NCBI GenBank assembly: GCA_028023455.1
Contig: JAQFVV010000006.1
Coordinates: 17,980,001 to 18,044,000, forward strand
DNA: 64,000 bases
Origin: Epiperipatus broadwayi
Taxonomy: Eukaryota; Animalia; Onychophora
Direction: 5' to 3'
The notes below the pieces were generated by a model. The model did not search any database. It had not been told where the DNA came from and saw only the letters and a program-made list of their open reading frames with translations. Position 1 is the first letter of the stretch, and the number at the start of each line of letters is the position of its first letter. Below are positions 12,714 to 24,545 of this stretch, in pieces. Position numbers and translations under genes: made by a program.

Positions 12714-12977
12714 AACAATGAGGATTGCCAATTCCTCAACAAGCTGTGTGATAAATTTTTAGCCAGAGACAGCACTTAAACTATCTCTGTCAGGAACCCT
12801 CCTCCAAACTTCTGACCATGGCTTCATGCTTTGGCACTCCTCAGATAGGCACTAGGGTAGGTTAAGACACTAAACTATGGTCAGAGGTGGGGGGGTTCCT
12901 GACAGAGATATTTTAAGTGCTGTCTCTGGCTAAGAATTTATCACAAAGCTTGTGAGGAATCGGTAATCCTCATTGTT
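12714..12977. mobile_element. Family E fold-back (~105-bp arms) with central hammerhead
   Basis: AACAATGAGGATT...TCTGACCAT and ATGGTCAGA...AATCCTCATTGTT inverted arms. Confidence 0.75.
12806..12850 (-). ncRNA. Type I hammerhead (family E), two substitutions
   Basis: GCCUAU-CUGAGGA-GUGC CAAA GCAU-GAAG CCAUGG UC^AGA; the other arm retains AAAC..GGTCAGAGG, so the consensus restores GAAA and CCUCU/AGAGG stem I. Confidence 0.6.
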
Positions 12978-12979
12978 AT

Positions 12980-13450
12980 TACCAAAAATACTCTACAAAA
13001 TAGTGCACCTAATGTAATCTCCAGTGATCAATAGATGCTAGAAGATAGTGCATAATATTCTCTATCCACTATCTTTTAATTCAATATCATCAGTTAATCA
13101 AAGACACCAAAATATATAGACCGAAATAAATCCAGTTCTGCAAGACTATACAGATGAATTAGGCTTGCATTGGAAGTATTATGGTTTTCCAGTTTAAGCT
13201 GATAGCTTTATTCTTAATCAGAAAGATAAATGTTGAATGCTGGGAGAATACATCAGATCCAAAGATGCAGATGTGCTGCTTCTAGATCCAAAACTCCTCA
13301 CTAATAGAAGTCATAAGGTATAACATACTCTGGGGATAGCCTCTACTAATTATTAAAGCTTGCGCTAGGTGGTGATATTGTGTGGGAAAAAATTTTGCTA
13401 CTATTTTAACAGCTTCTGCAAGCATAAAGATATGACAATCGCGATGTTTA
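12980..13450. mobile_element. Degenerate family A fragments in both orientations
   Basis: GTGCACCTAATGTAATCTCC/AAGACACCAAAAT blocks; GATCCAAAACTCCTCACTAATAGAAGTC...CTCTGGGGATA decayed HHR at ~13285-13340. Confidence 0.55.
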
Positions 13451-14049
13451 GTTGCACATAAGAATATTTCTAAATGAATTACTTGAAAATTGAATACTCA
13501 TTAGAATTTCAATACAATTTTAAAAATAAAGAAATTTTAAAACAATGTTTTGAATCTCTTTAAAATAATCAAAATGTAAGAAGTATACAATGAATTTTAG
13601 GACTATACTTTAAATGGTGTAGATTTTACTTTTTGGTTAATATTTTTCTATGACTTCATGCCTTATGTTGATATTTTATATTGAAAATTATGAGATCATA
13701 ATGCCATTTCACTCAGTATTTAAGTGGAAGAGTTTACAAAAAATATTGAAGAAAAAAAAAATCATTCCATCAATTAATCAGTAAGAAAATTTTCTTCATT
13801 GAAAAGACAATATTTTTGAAAGTAGGTTAACATAAAAGCAAAAGAAATGTATACTAATATTATATGCCAAGCAAAATGGTGATTTTGTTTCATAAAACAC
13901 TTGTCTGCAACAAAATTGTTTTTTTGTATTTTTCAAAATAATATAAACTATGAATGCATATTTAAATAAAGTTTGATTAGAACCAAATTACATGTAGTAT
14001 ACAGTTAGAAACTTAAAATAGAAGCAAATTTTTATATAGTAGTGTCTCC

Positions 14050-14605
14050 CAGTCCAAGCCTTACTAATCAATGGATACAAGAAGATTGTGCATAAAATCT
14101 CTATATAGTGCCTATTCATCCAATATCCCCAGACTAGTTTCTAACTTGTGGCTTTCATCAGTGAGGAGTCTTGAGTCTGACATCTTAGGATGTAACACAA
14201 CCCTCCAGCAGTCATCTTTGATCTACTTAGTTAATTATAAAACTATAAGTTCAAGATGAAAAAATATTTTTAATCCAAACTCATTTGTTTGAACCAAGTT
14301 CAGTATCTGTACATTTTGATGCCTTTGGTTTTTTTAAAACAAGTCATCATCATTGTATGGGCAGGATTGGTATAATGATCAACATTTCCTGTGCTTACAC
14401 AAGCTGTTAAAACAGTAATAAACTCTCCCAGTGCTATTCAGTGCAAGTCTTAGCAACCAATTAATGCAAACAAGGCTTGTGCATAAAATCCTTATCTAAT
14501 GCCTATTCATTCAAAATTGCCAGACTAGTTTCTAGCTTGTGGCTTTCATCAGTTTGCTCCTGTTTTAACAGCTTATGTAAGCATAAAAAATGGTGATCAT
14601 GCGCT
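14050..14605 (-). mobile_element. Family A partial tandem (two HHR cores 391 bp apart)
   Basis: AGACTAGTTTCTA(A/G)CTTGTGGCTTTCATCAG at 14131 and 14522. Confidence 0.8.
14118..14176 (-). ncRNA. Type I hammerhead ribozyme (family A)
   Basis: CUCCUCA-CUGAUGA-AAGC CACAA GUUA-GAAAC UA GUC^UGGGGA; stem II AGC/GUU. Confidence 0.75.
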
Positions 14606-14624
14606 GAAATTTAAAAATTTGTTA

Positions 14625-15055
14625 AGATATACAAAACTATGTTGAAGAATTCACACTTCTACAAATAATAATTACTACATTTATGCTATCTTGAAAAGTG
14701 TTTTTCAGTTTTCCGAAATAAGATGTTTTTTAATGAAATTCAAATACACAAAATCTACTGACGTTACTGTCTGCTTTAGCCAATTAGAATAAAGCAAAAT
14801 ATGATAACAAATATGGCAACTTTTAATGAAAAGATTATAGATAAATTTGCAAATCAAAAAGAACAAATGGAATTTAAATATAAATAATTATTTATTGATA
14901 TTGAATTGCTTTTTATATCGAAAATATTTATGTGTAACTTGACATATATTAATAAAATAATATTATATATATATATATATTGTTTTTTTCCAGCCATTAT
15001 TTTTTTTACTTTTATTGCTACAACCCACCATTACAATTTCTTATGAGCCACTACA
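14625..15055 (+). mobile_element. hAT transposase C-terminal (dimerisation domain) remnant with 3' end
   Basis: KIIDKFANQKEQMEFKYK* and ATGAGCCACTAC terminal-like motif. Confidence 0.55.
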
Positions 15056-15739
15056 GATATTAAGCCAATAAACACCACATGATTACCATTTCACTACAGA
15101 TATATAATTATCTTGAGATTTTGTCATTATTAATAATAATAATATAAAAAACACCAAAACAGAAATTAAATATGTTAATTAAACTGAGTATACATACTTT
15201 CAATGCTTGTGTGTCATCATCAAGGTTATTCTGTTAAGAATAGAGTGTTGCTAATATGAATACTGCTACATCTTTGTTCATTACATGTTCTTTTTGGGTG
15301 ATGAACCATGCCACTCTAATCTTATATTTTCTATCATTTCTTTTCTCACACATTATTTTAATAATACTAGGATCAAAACTGTGATCATATTTTTTTTGTG
15401 TGATTGTAAAATATGAATATTTTAGTTGATTTGGTCTTGACTTTTTTGTACTTCAAGATGTGTTGTATTAATCTTGTTTTCAGATTAGCTTTCATTTAGG
15501 CCCATATTACTTTGACCTAATTACAACTTCATATACATAATAAATATAAAACAAGAGTAGTTTTATACTCCACAGCCAATTGTAGCAAGTTAAGATAGTT
15601 GAGGGTAATATGTTTAAGCATTTAAAACTCAATCCTGAGATTGGTTTGAGAAATTTAAATACATGACCATCTCATAATTATTAATTACTCAAGATAAATA
15701 TGATTCAGTGCCATATTCTTTTTCTTTCATCACTGCTAA

Positions 15740-16000
15740 TCCATCTAGTAAAAGCATTAGTAAACTTATGGATGCCAGATGATTGCACTCAATAAATACT
15801 GTCCATGCTGTCCTATCCAATGTCCCCAGACTAGTTTCTAATTTATGGTTTCATCAATGAGGAGCCTTGGATTTAGAAACAGTGCATCTGGACATTTAGG
15901 ATTTAAAGCACATTTTCTCGAATAGCTATCTTTTATTTCTGTTTTACTATTAAGCTATCTGCTGAAATGTAAAATATATTGTTTTCAATCTAAGCCAACT
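15740..16000 (-). mobile_element. Family A fragment
   Basis: ATCCAATGTCCCCAGACTAGTTTCTAATTTATGGTTTCATCAATGAGGAGCCTTGGAT. Confidence 0.7.
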
Positions 16001-17439
16001 TGCCTGTCATTTGGCATCTACTAGTTACTAAAGCTGACATTAGGTGGCAGTAGTGAAAGAAAAAGACCAGCATTGTATAAGCTGAGGTCATGGGATATTT
16101 TACTGGGTAATATACTTTGCACCAGAATAGAAAGCTGCTTCTGTTTTGCCATATATTGGTTAAACTAATGATTTTTTTATTTTTAATATATCTATCCAAG
16201 AGAAAAATCTAAAACTGAGAATACTAGAATATATAGTTTTTGATTTAGGATTCAGGTCTATATAACTGTACATGCAGATTAGTTTGGCGAAAATTTTTTA
16301 GGATGTTTTGAATTTCAGGTTTTTAAAAAATAGAGTTAAAGATGGCTTCTAAATCATAACTTCTAACTTTGAATTGCAAGACCCCTTGATAAAGAAAAGA
16401 GCCAGGATATGGTTTGAAAATAAGGATTTAAATTTACTACAATCTGATAATCACTGATTACTTAAGCTTACTATAGATGGCATTAGTATAGAGAGTTGGT
16501 CTGGTTTTATCATACATTGCATAAGTTAAATAATTAAGTGATTTAATTATTTTTTCTATACCCATTTAATACTGTTTATATTTGTATAGGGTAAGCCATT
16601 CTTCATAATTGCAATAAGACATTTGGATAAGTAAGGGTATCATATGTTTCTTTTTACAACAAAGCTACCTAAATGCTTGTGTTTCCAATTAAAAAGTTTT
16701 ATAATATTTTCTACCAGGTCTCAAACACAGTCTAATACTATTCACAGTTTCTGAAAATCTTAGCATTGTCTTATACACACATCTTAAATCAAAAAATTTT
16801 TTTAAATAAAAATCTCACTCAAATAAAATATAACATGTTGAAATGAAGATAATGATATTTTTTGGATTTATATTATATATTGAAAGATGAAGACCTTCTA
16901 AAGGAACATCAAAACCTCATATCATAAAACTGCTTAATATAAAATTCATTCAGTATGAAAAAAGATTTCATTACCTGTCAAACAGACATAGAAATAATCA
17001 TCATCATCCTAATTAGCAGCTGTTCATGGTCCATAAAACTCTAAAAAGACATCAAAAAGCAAAAATAGATTGAAAACAAAGGATAAAAGTTAGAAAATAA
17101 AAAAAATGAAAAAAAGGTTGAAATTTTTTAGTACAAAATTACAGGATAAAAATGTGCTTACACAGACATACATTTCAGTTGTGACAGTTAATGTAGGAAG
17201 AGACTGATATTATGAGAGGTTCAGGATTACTAAATCTAAGAGGCAAGATAAGAAAATAGAGAGAAAATATAGCAATAATTAATTTAATTTAAAACACTAT
17301 AGCCAATAGTGAATCAATGACTGAAAAATGACAAATTTATACTCATCTTTTTCAAAACTTGGTCAAGCATATATCTTCAAAATTAAACATTTCCATACTT
17401 CAGTATAATAATAATAATAGGCACACAAAAACTGTCTGC

Positions 17440-17640
17440 TCACGGAAATATCTGTAACAGGAGACAATGGAAAATGCTTAATTTTTTTATCTGGGAATTT
17501 GTTTGGCTTGATAGATTTTTTATGCTACTGGATTCTAATGAGATAAATGAACTCCATCAGAGAATAATAAATGATCTTTTGAACAATCTAAAAATCAGAT
17601 GATAAGTACTCTAGAAAAATGCTACTTATATGATCACTAA
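17440..17640 (+). mobile_element. Possible hAT transposase N-terminal remnant
   Basis: GNLFGLIDFL resembles GNF.GL+E.L motif. Confidence 0.3.
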
Positions 17641-18409
17641 TAGTTAAAACCCAATGTGGTGGCACTTAATAACCAATAATAATCACTCTGTGTTGTTTGG
17701 TGCAGAGGTAGAAAGATCAATCTGCTGTTCAAGATCTATAGATCACAACCCAACTTCAACATTTCTTATGAACTTTTGTGTAATAAACTAATAGTTACTA
17801 CTAATAAATCTTTATTAATTTGAAATTTATAATCATGATTATCATGTGTCATATATGATCTAATAGAGTGGTATATAGATATACTCAAGACTATAGATTG
17901 CAGTCAGTTCTGTGATGACACCATGAGAGTCAAATCATTCAATTAAATAGTCATATATTTGGATACATTAACAATCATTCAGAAATTTGGCTTAATTATT
18001 TAAAATGCAATTTTTAACCGAAATAAATGTTCCCACTTTTTAAACCTACTTTGATAACTTTCTTAAATATCATAATTAATCCTTTATTCTTGTGATAAAA
18101 TTTAATCCCACAAACCTCTGAACTTCAGTGTTGCATTGAAACTGCTACTATACAAAAAAGTTAATTTTAAATGAAGTCCGACTTGAGACATTTTTTTCAA
18201 TTTTGAGAATTTAAATTTTTTTTATTTGAGCCATAGAAAGGTTGCCATTTGTGTCTAATTTAACTGTGAAATGTATATGTTGAAAATAATATTGTTTAGT
18301 TATATATGTGCATATATATTAAAATTTGGCAAAGATCAAAATAGGCAAAGATAGCAGCTTTCTGAACCTTGTTTTACCTTTTAATAAAATTAATTAGATA
18401 CCCATTTAA

Positions 18410-18620
18410 ACCATTAAGCATCACATGATCATCATCTCTTATACTTGAACAATTGTTTATAAACAAGGCAAACTCTCCATACAGTAGTGCCACCCTGTGC
18501 CAACTAGAGTAATCAATGGATGCCATTAGATAGGGATTTTATGCACAAGCCGTCTGGTATCCATTGATTACTCTGGTTGGCACAGGGTGGCACTACTGCA
18601 TGGAGAGTTTGCTTTGTAGA
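18410..18620. mobile_element. Family A-derived fold-back (no HHR)
   Basis: ~65-bp arms 18461-18527 and 18553-18618 of the GGCAAAACTCTCCATACAGTAGTGCCACC...CAATGGATGCC segment. Confidence 0.8.
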
Positions 18621-18630
18621 TACCCATTTA

Positions 18631-18633
<3 letters not shown>

Positions 18634-18674
<41 letters not shown>

Positions 18675-18691
18675 TATATATATATATATAT
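18634..18691. repeat. (TA)n microsatellite
   Basis: Direct reading. Confidence 0.95.
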
Positions 18692-19779
18692 TGGATAGTC
18701 ATCTGAATTTAATTCCAGGTTGCAATTATGGCAGCTATATGTATTGTTGTTCAACTATTAGGATTTTTATCATCAAAGAAATGTGCATTAATAAGAAAGC
18801 AAAAAAATAAGCTCACCCTAATATATAGAAAGGTGAATAAATTCATAGTACATAAATAAGCTTGTTATAATGAATTGAGTTTGCATTTGTAATTTTCATT
18901 CTGTTAAGAATCTTGGGCAGTTTAGTGCAATGTTAAGATGCAGAACTTAAGGACTTATGATCTCTGCATCCATTTCAGTTCAGTAAAATAAATAAAAAAT
19001 CACTGTTCCATCAAAAAACTGTTAATTTTGAAGAAACCTATTATTCACTGGTAATACATTCACCTGCAATGCTTACAAGCTGATTTCAAATCCATATCAA
19101 GTAAGGATATTTTATTTTTAAATCAATAATTCAGTAATATGTGTAATATATGGTTAAGGAAAATCTTTAGCTTAAGATAGCAGTTATATATGTCACAGAC
19201 CCCTCCATGAGCCAGGGTGAACAAATAGCCTATTCTCTAGAATATTAGTTACTGTACTTGTGTAAAATTGGAGCATAGGCTTCTTTCCCTTACACAAATT
19301 CATCCAAGTTATAATTTAAATAGTTTAATTATCATGCATCTTCATCATTATTCAAATGTGAATGCAGATTCAATGGAGTCATTTGAATTCCTCTGCATTG
19401 CTCTGTCAATATGTAAATTAAAGGGGAAAAAATGTTCACACATTATATAAATAATTTCTTTAATATTTGATCAAGTAGATATTTTAATTCTTGAGTTACC
19501 TTATTGGCTAAATACTTACTTATTTATGTAAAAACACGTGAATCTAAAAATTATGTTAAATTCAAATCCAATATTGCAAGGTTTTCCAAATTTTTATAGA
19601 TCAAGATACCAATTTTCAAAAATGATAATTTTTCAGGATTTATTTTCCTGTAAATAATTAACTTGTTATATAAATAATAACTGCTTTTTTCATTGTTATT
19701 GCCATCTAAGTGCATGTTATGTGAATATAGGACTTCTGTTAAAAGTTGTTTATTACAACATGAAAAAAAAAATTACAGG

Positions 19780-19875
19780 AGATAGCATCGGCCGGGAGGT
19801 GAACCCACAACCATCTGCAACTAACTACTTGCTTGCAAGGCAGCTGCGATGACCTCTTGGCTAACAACTCTTGAC
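19780..19875 (-). mobile_element. Same SINE family
   Basis: ATAGCATCGGCCGGGAGGTGAACCCACAACC...CGATGACCTCT. Confidence 0.55.
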
Positions 19876-20231
19876 TCCTTTGTGTAAAGAAATTCAATGA
19901 AAACACAGGCCATTGTCTACTTGCACTAAGGAAATATTGTCATAATATTTTTATTTTAAATACTTTTATATTAATTTGCCTTGTCTGTGTTTTTCTGGCA
20001 TGTCCACACTTTGTTTTTCTATCAATATGTCTATATTGTTGAATTAACAATGAAAAAAATCCATTTCCTTTTACAACTGAAATTCACATCCTTAAGCTTT
20101 TCATGAAAACTCCTTAGAAACTGAGACAATGGAAATATTACATTTGTAGAATAATAAATCCAATATTTCTGTTATTATAAAATATATATCATAATTTCAC
20201 AATATGACTATTGTATAACAATTTTTAGATA

Positions 20232-20269
20232 GCCTTGATAAGGACTCAAATGAATTGAAAACACTTGGC
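20232..20269 (+). ncRNA. Degenerate U3-A8 hammerhead
   Basis: GCC-UUGAUAA-G-GACUC AAAU GAAUU-GAAAA CA CUU^GGC; stem I GCC/GGC perfect, stems II/III each one mismatch; inverted repeat CAATATGACTATTGTATAA on both sides. Confidence 0.45.
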
Positions 20270-21024
20270 AGTAGTGTTTTATATTATTTTAATGTTTCTC
20301 TGTTTTATACAATAGTCATATTGTTAGATTGTGATTTACATTTATAGAAGAAAATTATGTCAATATTAATTTACCTCATACTTAATCAATTTAATTAAAA
20401 TAAATATATATATATATATCTGACAGAAATATTACATCTGTATAATAAAATTTTGTTAATACTGATTTAACTCATACTTAATTACTTAAATTAATTAAAA
20501 AGCCAGAATAAAAATATTTCTATGTAGTAGACAATCACTTGATATTTAAATTTATAATTCATTTGTTAGAAGGCATATTTTTTACTTTCACCTTTTACTA
20601 TTAAATTATAATTTTTGTCAAATTTTTTTATAGTTTTAACCATTTTTTAAAAATAATCACATGCTCTGAGGGGTTACTCCTGATTTATAATATAACTAAA
20701 AAGTAAAAAAATAATATGTAATTTAAAAATAAATAAATAATGCTTTTATTGAAATAGCCAATTATAGAGTAAAAAAATAAAACAATTTGCTTCTTGATTA
20801 AATAATTAACCAAGAAGCAAATTGCTTTATTTTTTATCTTATTTTTTTTTGAAAAATATCAGTGATCTTAAAAATCTAGACTTGTTATAAAACAATTGGA
20901 AATTTCAGGAATATTGACATTTCATAAAAGGATTTGATGCTCAAATAAATCTTAAAAATCAAAAAGACCTCAAATGTTTTTATGAAATGACAACATTCCA
21001 GCAATTTCCAAATGTTTTATAAAT

Positions 21025-21770
21025 TTATTTAATGCACATTGATTATGTAGGTAATATTTACTAAGGCAATAAACCTCAAGAGTGTGTACTTGAAAATGTG
21101 AAGGCAGGGACCTCTACAGGTCTTAACCACAAGCTTACATTTTGGAAGAAAAGAGGGGAACACTTCTTTACTTCAACCTACTTTCTATATAAATAGGTGA
21201 AGCTGAAGTGGTTAGATCTGAGAGTGTGAAGCTATTCAATACTTCACTGATTAAGTCTACAATTTCTATTACACATTAGTACTCGCAAAATCTTTTGATT
21301 TATAATAAGTCAATGGATGAACTTATAGTTAGAAATCTATTACAATAATTTAAAGTTGTAATTATAAATTTATTAAATGCACATTGATTACATAAGTAAT
21401 ATTTACTAAGGCAATAAACCTCAAGAGTGTGTACTTGAAAATGTGAAGGCAGGGACCTCTACAGGTCTTAACCACAAGCTTACATTTTGGAAGAAAAGAG
21501 GGGAACACTTCTTTACTTCAACCTACTTTCTATATAAATAGGTGAAGCTGAAGTGGTTAAATCTGAGAGCGAGTACTAATGTATAATTGGAATCATGGAC
21601 TTAATCAGTGAAGTATTGAATAGCTTCATGCTCTCAGATTTAACCACTTCAGCTTCACCTATTTATATAGAAAGTAGGTTGAAGTAAAGAAGGGTTTCCC
21701 TCTTTTCTTCCAATGCATAAGCTTGTGGTTAAGACGTGTAGAGATCCCTACCATCATATTTTCAACCACA
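21025..21770. mobile_element. Family H: 345-bp direct repeat followed by inverted segment; another fragment at ~46470-46590
   Basis: CTAAGGCAATAAACC at 21061 and 21406; ~21580-21770 is the reverse complement of the unit. Confidence 0.8.
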
Positions 21771-22124
21771 CATGCTTTAGGTCAATTGTTTTATAACAAA
21801 TCTAGATTCTTAAGATTGATGATATTTTCCAAGAATGGTAAATTAACTGAGAAGTGGATTACTTTGCTACTTTTCTACTTTTTAGTTGGCTATTTACATA
21901 AAAGCATTATATAATATATATGTTATTTTTAATAAATTTGTAATATCTTTTCATGTTTTAGTATTTAGCATGACCCAACTAAAATCACCTCATGATCCAG
22001 CAGTAAGTCATAAATCCATCTGTGCAATATTGAATTTCATTTCACATCATCAAGTTAGTTTTGCATAATAGACAGTTCACATAAGATCAACTAAACTATA
22101 AAAGTAAGATGGCAGTTACCCAAG

Positions 22125-22550
22125 AATGCACAAAGGCAAAACTCTCCATACAGTAGCACCACTCAGTGCAAGCCAGATGAATCAATGGATAGATCTATAG
22201 GACTATACAAGCTAATGAGCCTGAATTAAAAACATTATTGTCTTTTAATTTTGGACTCAAAGCTTTATAGTTAGCTAATAAGGTAAAAGGTGGCTGCTGG
22301 AGGGTTGCATTAGATCCTAAAATCTAGTTGCAGTGCTCTAAGATGCACGACTCCTCACTGATAAAAGCTACAAGCTAGAAACTAGTCTGGGGATATTGTA
22401 TGAGTAGGCACTAGATAGGTATTTTATGCACAAACCTTACTGCATCCATTGATTACTCTGGCTTGCATTGAGTGGTGCTACTGTATGGAGAGCTTTACCT
22501 TTGTGTAAATATAGAGAATAACGATCGTGTGATATTTAGTAATTTATCAC
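22125..22550 (+). mobile_element. Family A element with 5' inverted segment; HHR core CTGATAA (G8A)
   Basis: CTCCTCA-CTGATAA-AAGCTACAAGCTA-GAAACTAGTCTGGGGATATTG at 22351-22399. Confidence 0.8.
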
Positions 22551-22779
22551 CTAAGAGTGAATAAATTAATGTTGATATAATTTTAACTTTTGAAATATAT
22601 TTTGGAATCCTTTAGAGACTAAATATTATGTCCACAATAACCTTAACACTATTGATCAGATTAACACAGGAAAAATATTAATATATTACAAATTTATTAC
22701 TTAAGGTGTTGGGTTTAATCTCATAATTTTAATAATTATAGAATAAATAAACTTCTTAATATGATCTTATAAATACTTC

Positions 22780-23230
22780 TGAGTTTGTATTAATACTCTC
22801 GGCTGTTGTTTGTCTAAGATCTGGAAATAGGAAGAAGCTCAAACATTCGTAATCGGATTCAGATAAATAAATTAAAATTATGTATTGCTTTTTGCAAGTT
22901 AAATGATAAATATTTAAAGGAAGTTAAGTGGAGTTAACAACGTGGGATGGAAGTGAATGATAGTTAAAAAGAATAATAAACAAAAATAGTAAATTATAAG
23001 TTTGTTCATGTATTTCAAATCATGTCAACTTGATCCTCAAATCATTAAAATGAACCAAAGAGTGAGACGGAATTCTACTGCAAGATTTCCACATTCTTGT
23101 TCAAATCTAGTGATCCTAAGTGGATAAAGAGGTGGATTGGATTATCCAAATAAGAATTGAAAAATATTCATACTCAAGATAATCAAAAATAAGATTTTAG
23201 ATCAACTCCTATCAATATTCAAAATCATAA
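22780..23230 (+). mobile_element. Decayed LINE (RTE-like) fragment
   Basis: YLG-like TACTCTCGGCTG and ACGTGGGATGGAAGTGAATGA (YG.E.W-like) spaced as in RTE ORFs. Confidence 0.35.
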
Positions 23231-23324
23231 CTATTGCCTTTAAAATCTTCTAGACTGCCTAACTTTTACATATTATCTTTTTTAATTCGATGAACAATCT
23301 GACTATTACATTATATAAATATAT

Positions 23325-23420
23325 ATGGCGGGCGGGCGGGCGGGGGGAGGCTTCACTTTATTAAAGTGAGAAAAACTATTTGAATAGTCGTGTCTCACGT
23401 GACCTCTGGAGCTACTAACC
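23325..23420. promoter_or_regulatory. Promoter-like patch: tandem GC boxes and E-box
   Basis: GGCGGGCGGGCGGGCGGGG and TCACGTGAC in otherwise CpG-depleted DNA. Confidence 0.5.
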
Positions 23421-23814
23421 TTACGATTATTTTTATTATAAGTTTGTTTGCAATATTTTTTAGATTCAATTTTATTATGAAATAAAATACATAAAATTGT
23501 ATGCGACTAGTAAAAAAATTATTTTTCTTGGGATTATTTAAACTAGAAAATAAAAACATGTAATCAATCCCATGAGACTTAGCGGCATTTCAAAAAGAGA
23601 TTGCATCTTTTTTTAAATGGTAATTTGGTCTGACATTTCAATAATAATAATAAAAAAAATTACAGATGAAAAGTAAAAACAATAACCAATTTTATCTAAT
23701 AAATAAAAATTGTAATTGGAATTGTTATTTATAGAACCATTGATTTCTTATATAAGCAATCAATAAAAAAATTGTTAATGAGGTAATTTTAACTTGACCT
23801 TTTTTTCTCAACAA

Positions 23815-23903
23815 ATGCTTAACTCGCTCCGTTATCACTATGTTGACTTCTGTTTGTTTCCATTCAAGAGAATAATTAAAAGTGACATTATTGAATATCT
23901 AAA
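23815..23903 (+). CDS. Candidate first coding exon of unidentified gene
   Basis: ATG-open frame MLNSLRYHYVDFCLFPFKRIIKSDIIEYL ending at AA|GTAATT; phase-compatible with 24154. Confidence 0.3.
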
Positions 23904-24153
23904 GTAATTATTTCTTTTTTCCACTTTAATTATAATGTAAACTTTTAATTTATTTTAAAAATTATATAAAAACATACAAATATTCTCTTTTTATTAATTC
24001 TGAAATGTTAACACATTAGTTTCACAGACTTTAAATAAATTAAAAAAGAAAAATCCAGCTAGAAATTGGAAAATAAAAATGTAAATAATGGTCTTAATAA
24101 ATGTATGGATATTTAATTAATTTTCAAATTTTATTAAATCAAAACACTTTTAG

Positions 24154-24180
24154 AGCACGATTATATCGATATGAGATCAG
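24154..24180 (+). CDS. Candidate 27-nt exon
   Basis: CTTTTAG| ... CAG|GTCAGC; retains CpGs; reads (K)ARLYRYEI(S). Confidence 0.4.
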
Positions 24181-24250
24181 GTCAGCTTTTATATATTTTA
24201 GTCAACCTCAGTTATGACATGTTGTTTGTTATTAGTATTTACTTTCTCAG

Positions 24251-24287
24251 TCATAAAATAGAAGAAGCCTACAGTTGTAGAACTGAG
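24251..24287 (+). CDS. Candidate 37-nt exon
   Basis: TACTTTCTCAG| ... GAG|GTAATA; reads (S)HKIEEAYSCRTE, in phase across a 70-nt intron. Confidence 0.4.
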
Positions 24288-24399
24288 GTAATAGAAACTG
24301 ATTAGTATCAGATATATAAAACTATGAAAGTGGATTAGCCTGGATTTAAAATCTTATAGAAGTTTTTAAATTTCAGGTTATTAACTTTAATAGCATAAA

Positions 24400-24545
24400 A
24401 ATGACGGCTGATGCAGCATGAAATACATATATTGGAGATCATTTATTTTTTTCACATGTAAGTGGTTATGCGTATAGATTGTATAAGATGGAGTGGATAG
24501 GTAAAGGGAGCTTAAAAGTCTGTGTTCAAATCCCCTCCATTTTGC
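24400..24545 (+). mobile_element. Family D fragment with truncated HHR
   Basis: CTGATGCAGCATGAAATACATATATTGGAGATCATTTAT. Confidence 0.6.

Noticed and set aside
16975-17050. Apparent minus-strand exon ending CAG|GTAATG
   Set aside because: All frames from the strong acceptor hit stops; the (TGA)n run looks like an RTE-type 3' tail
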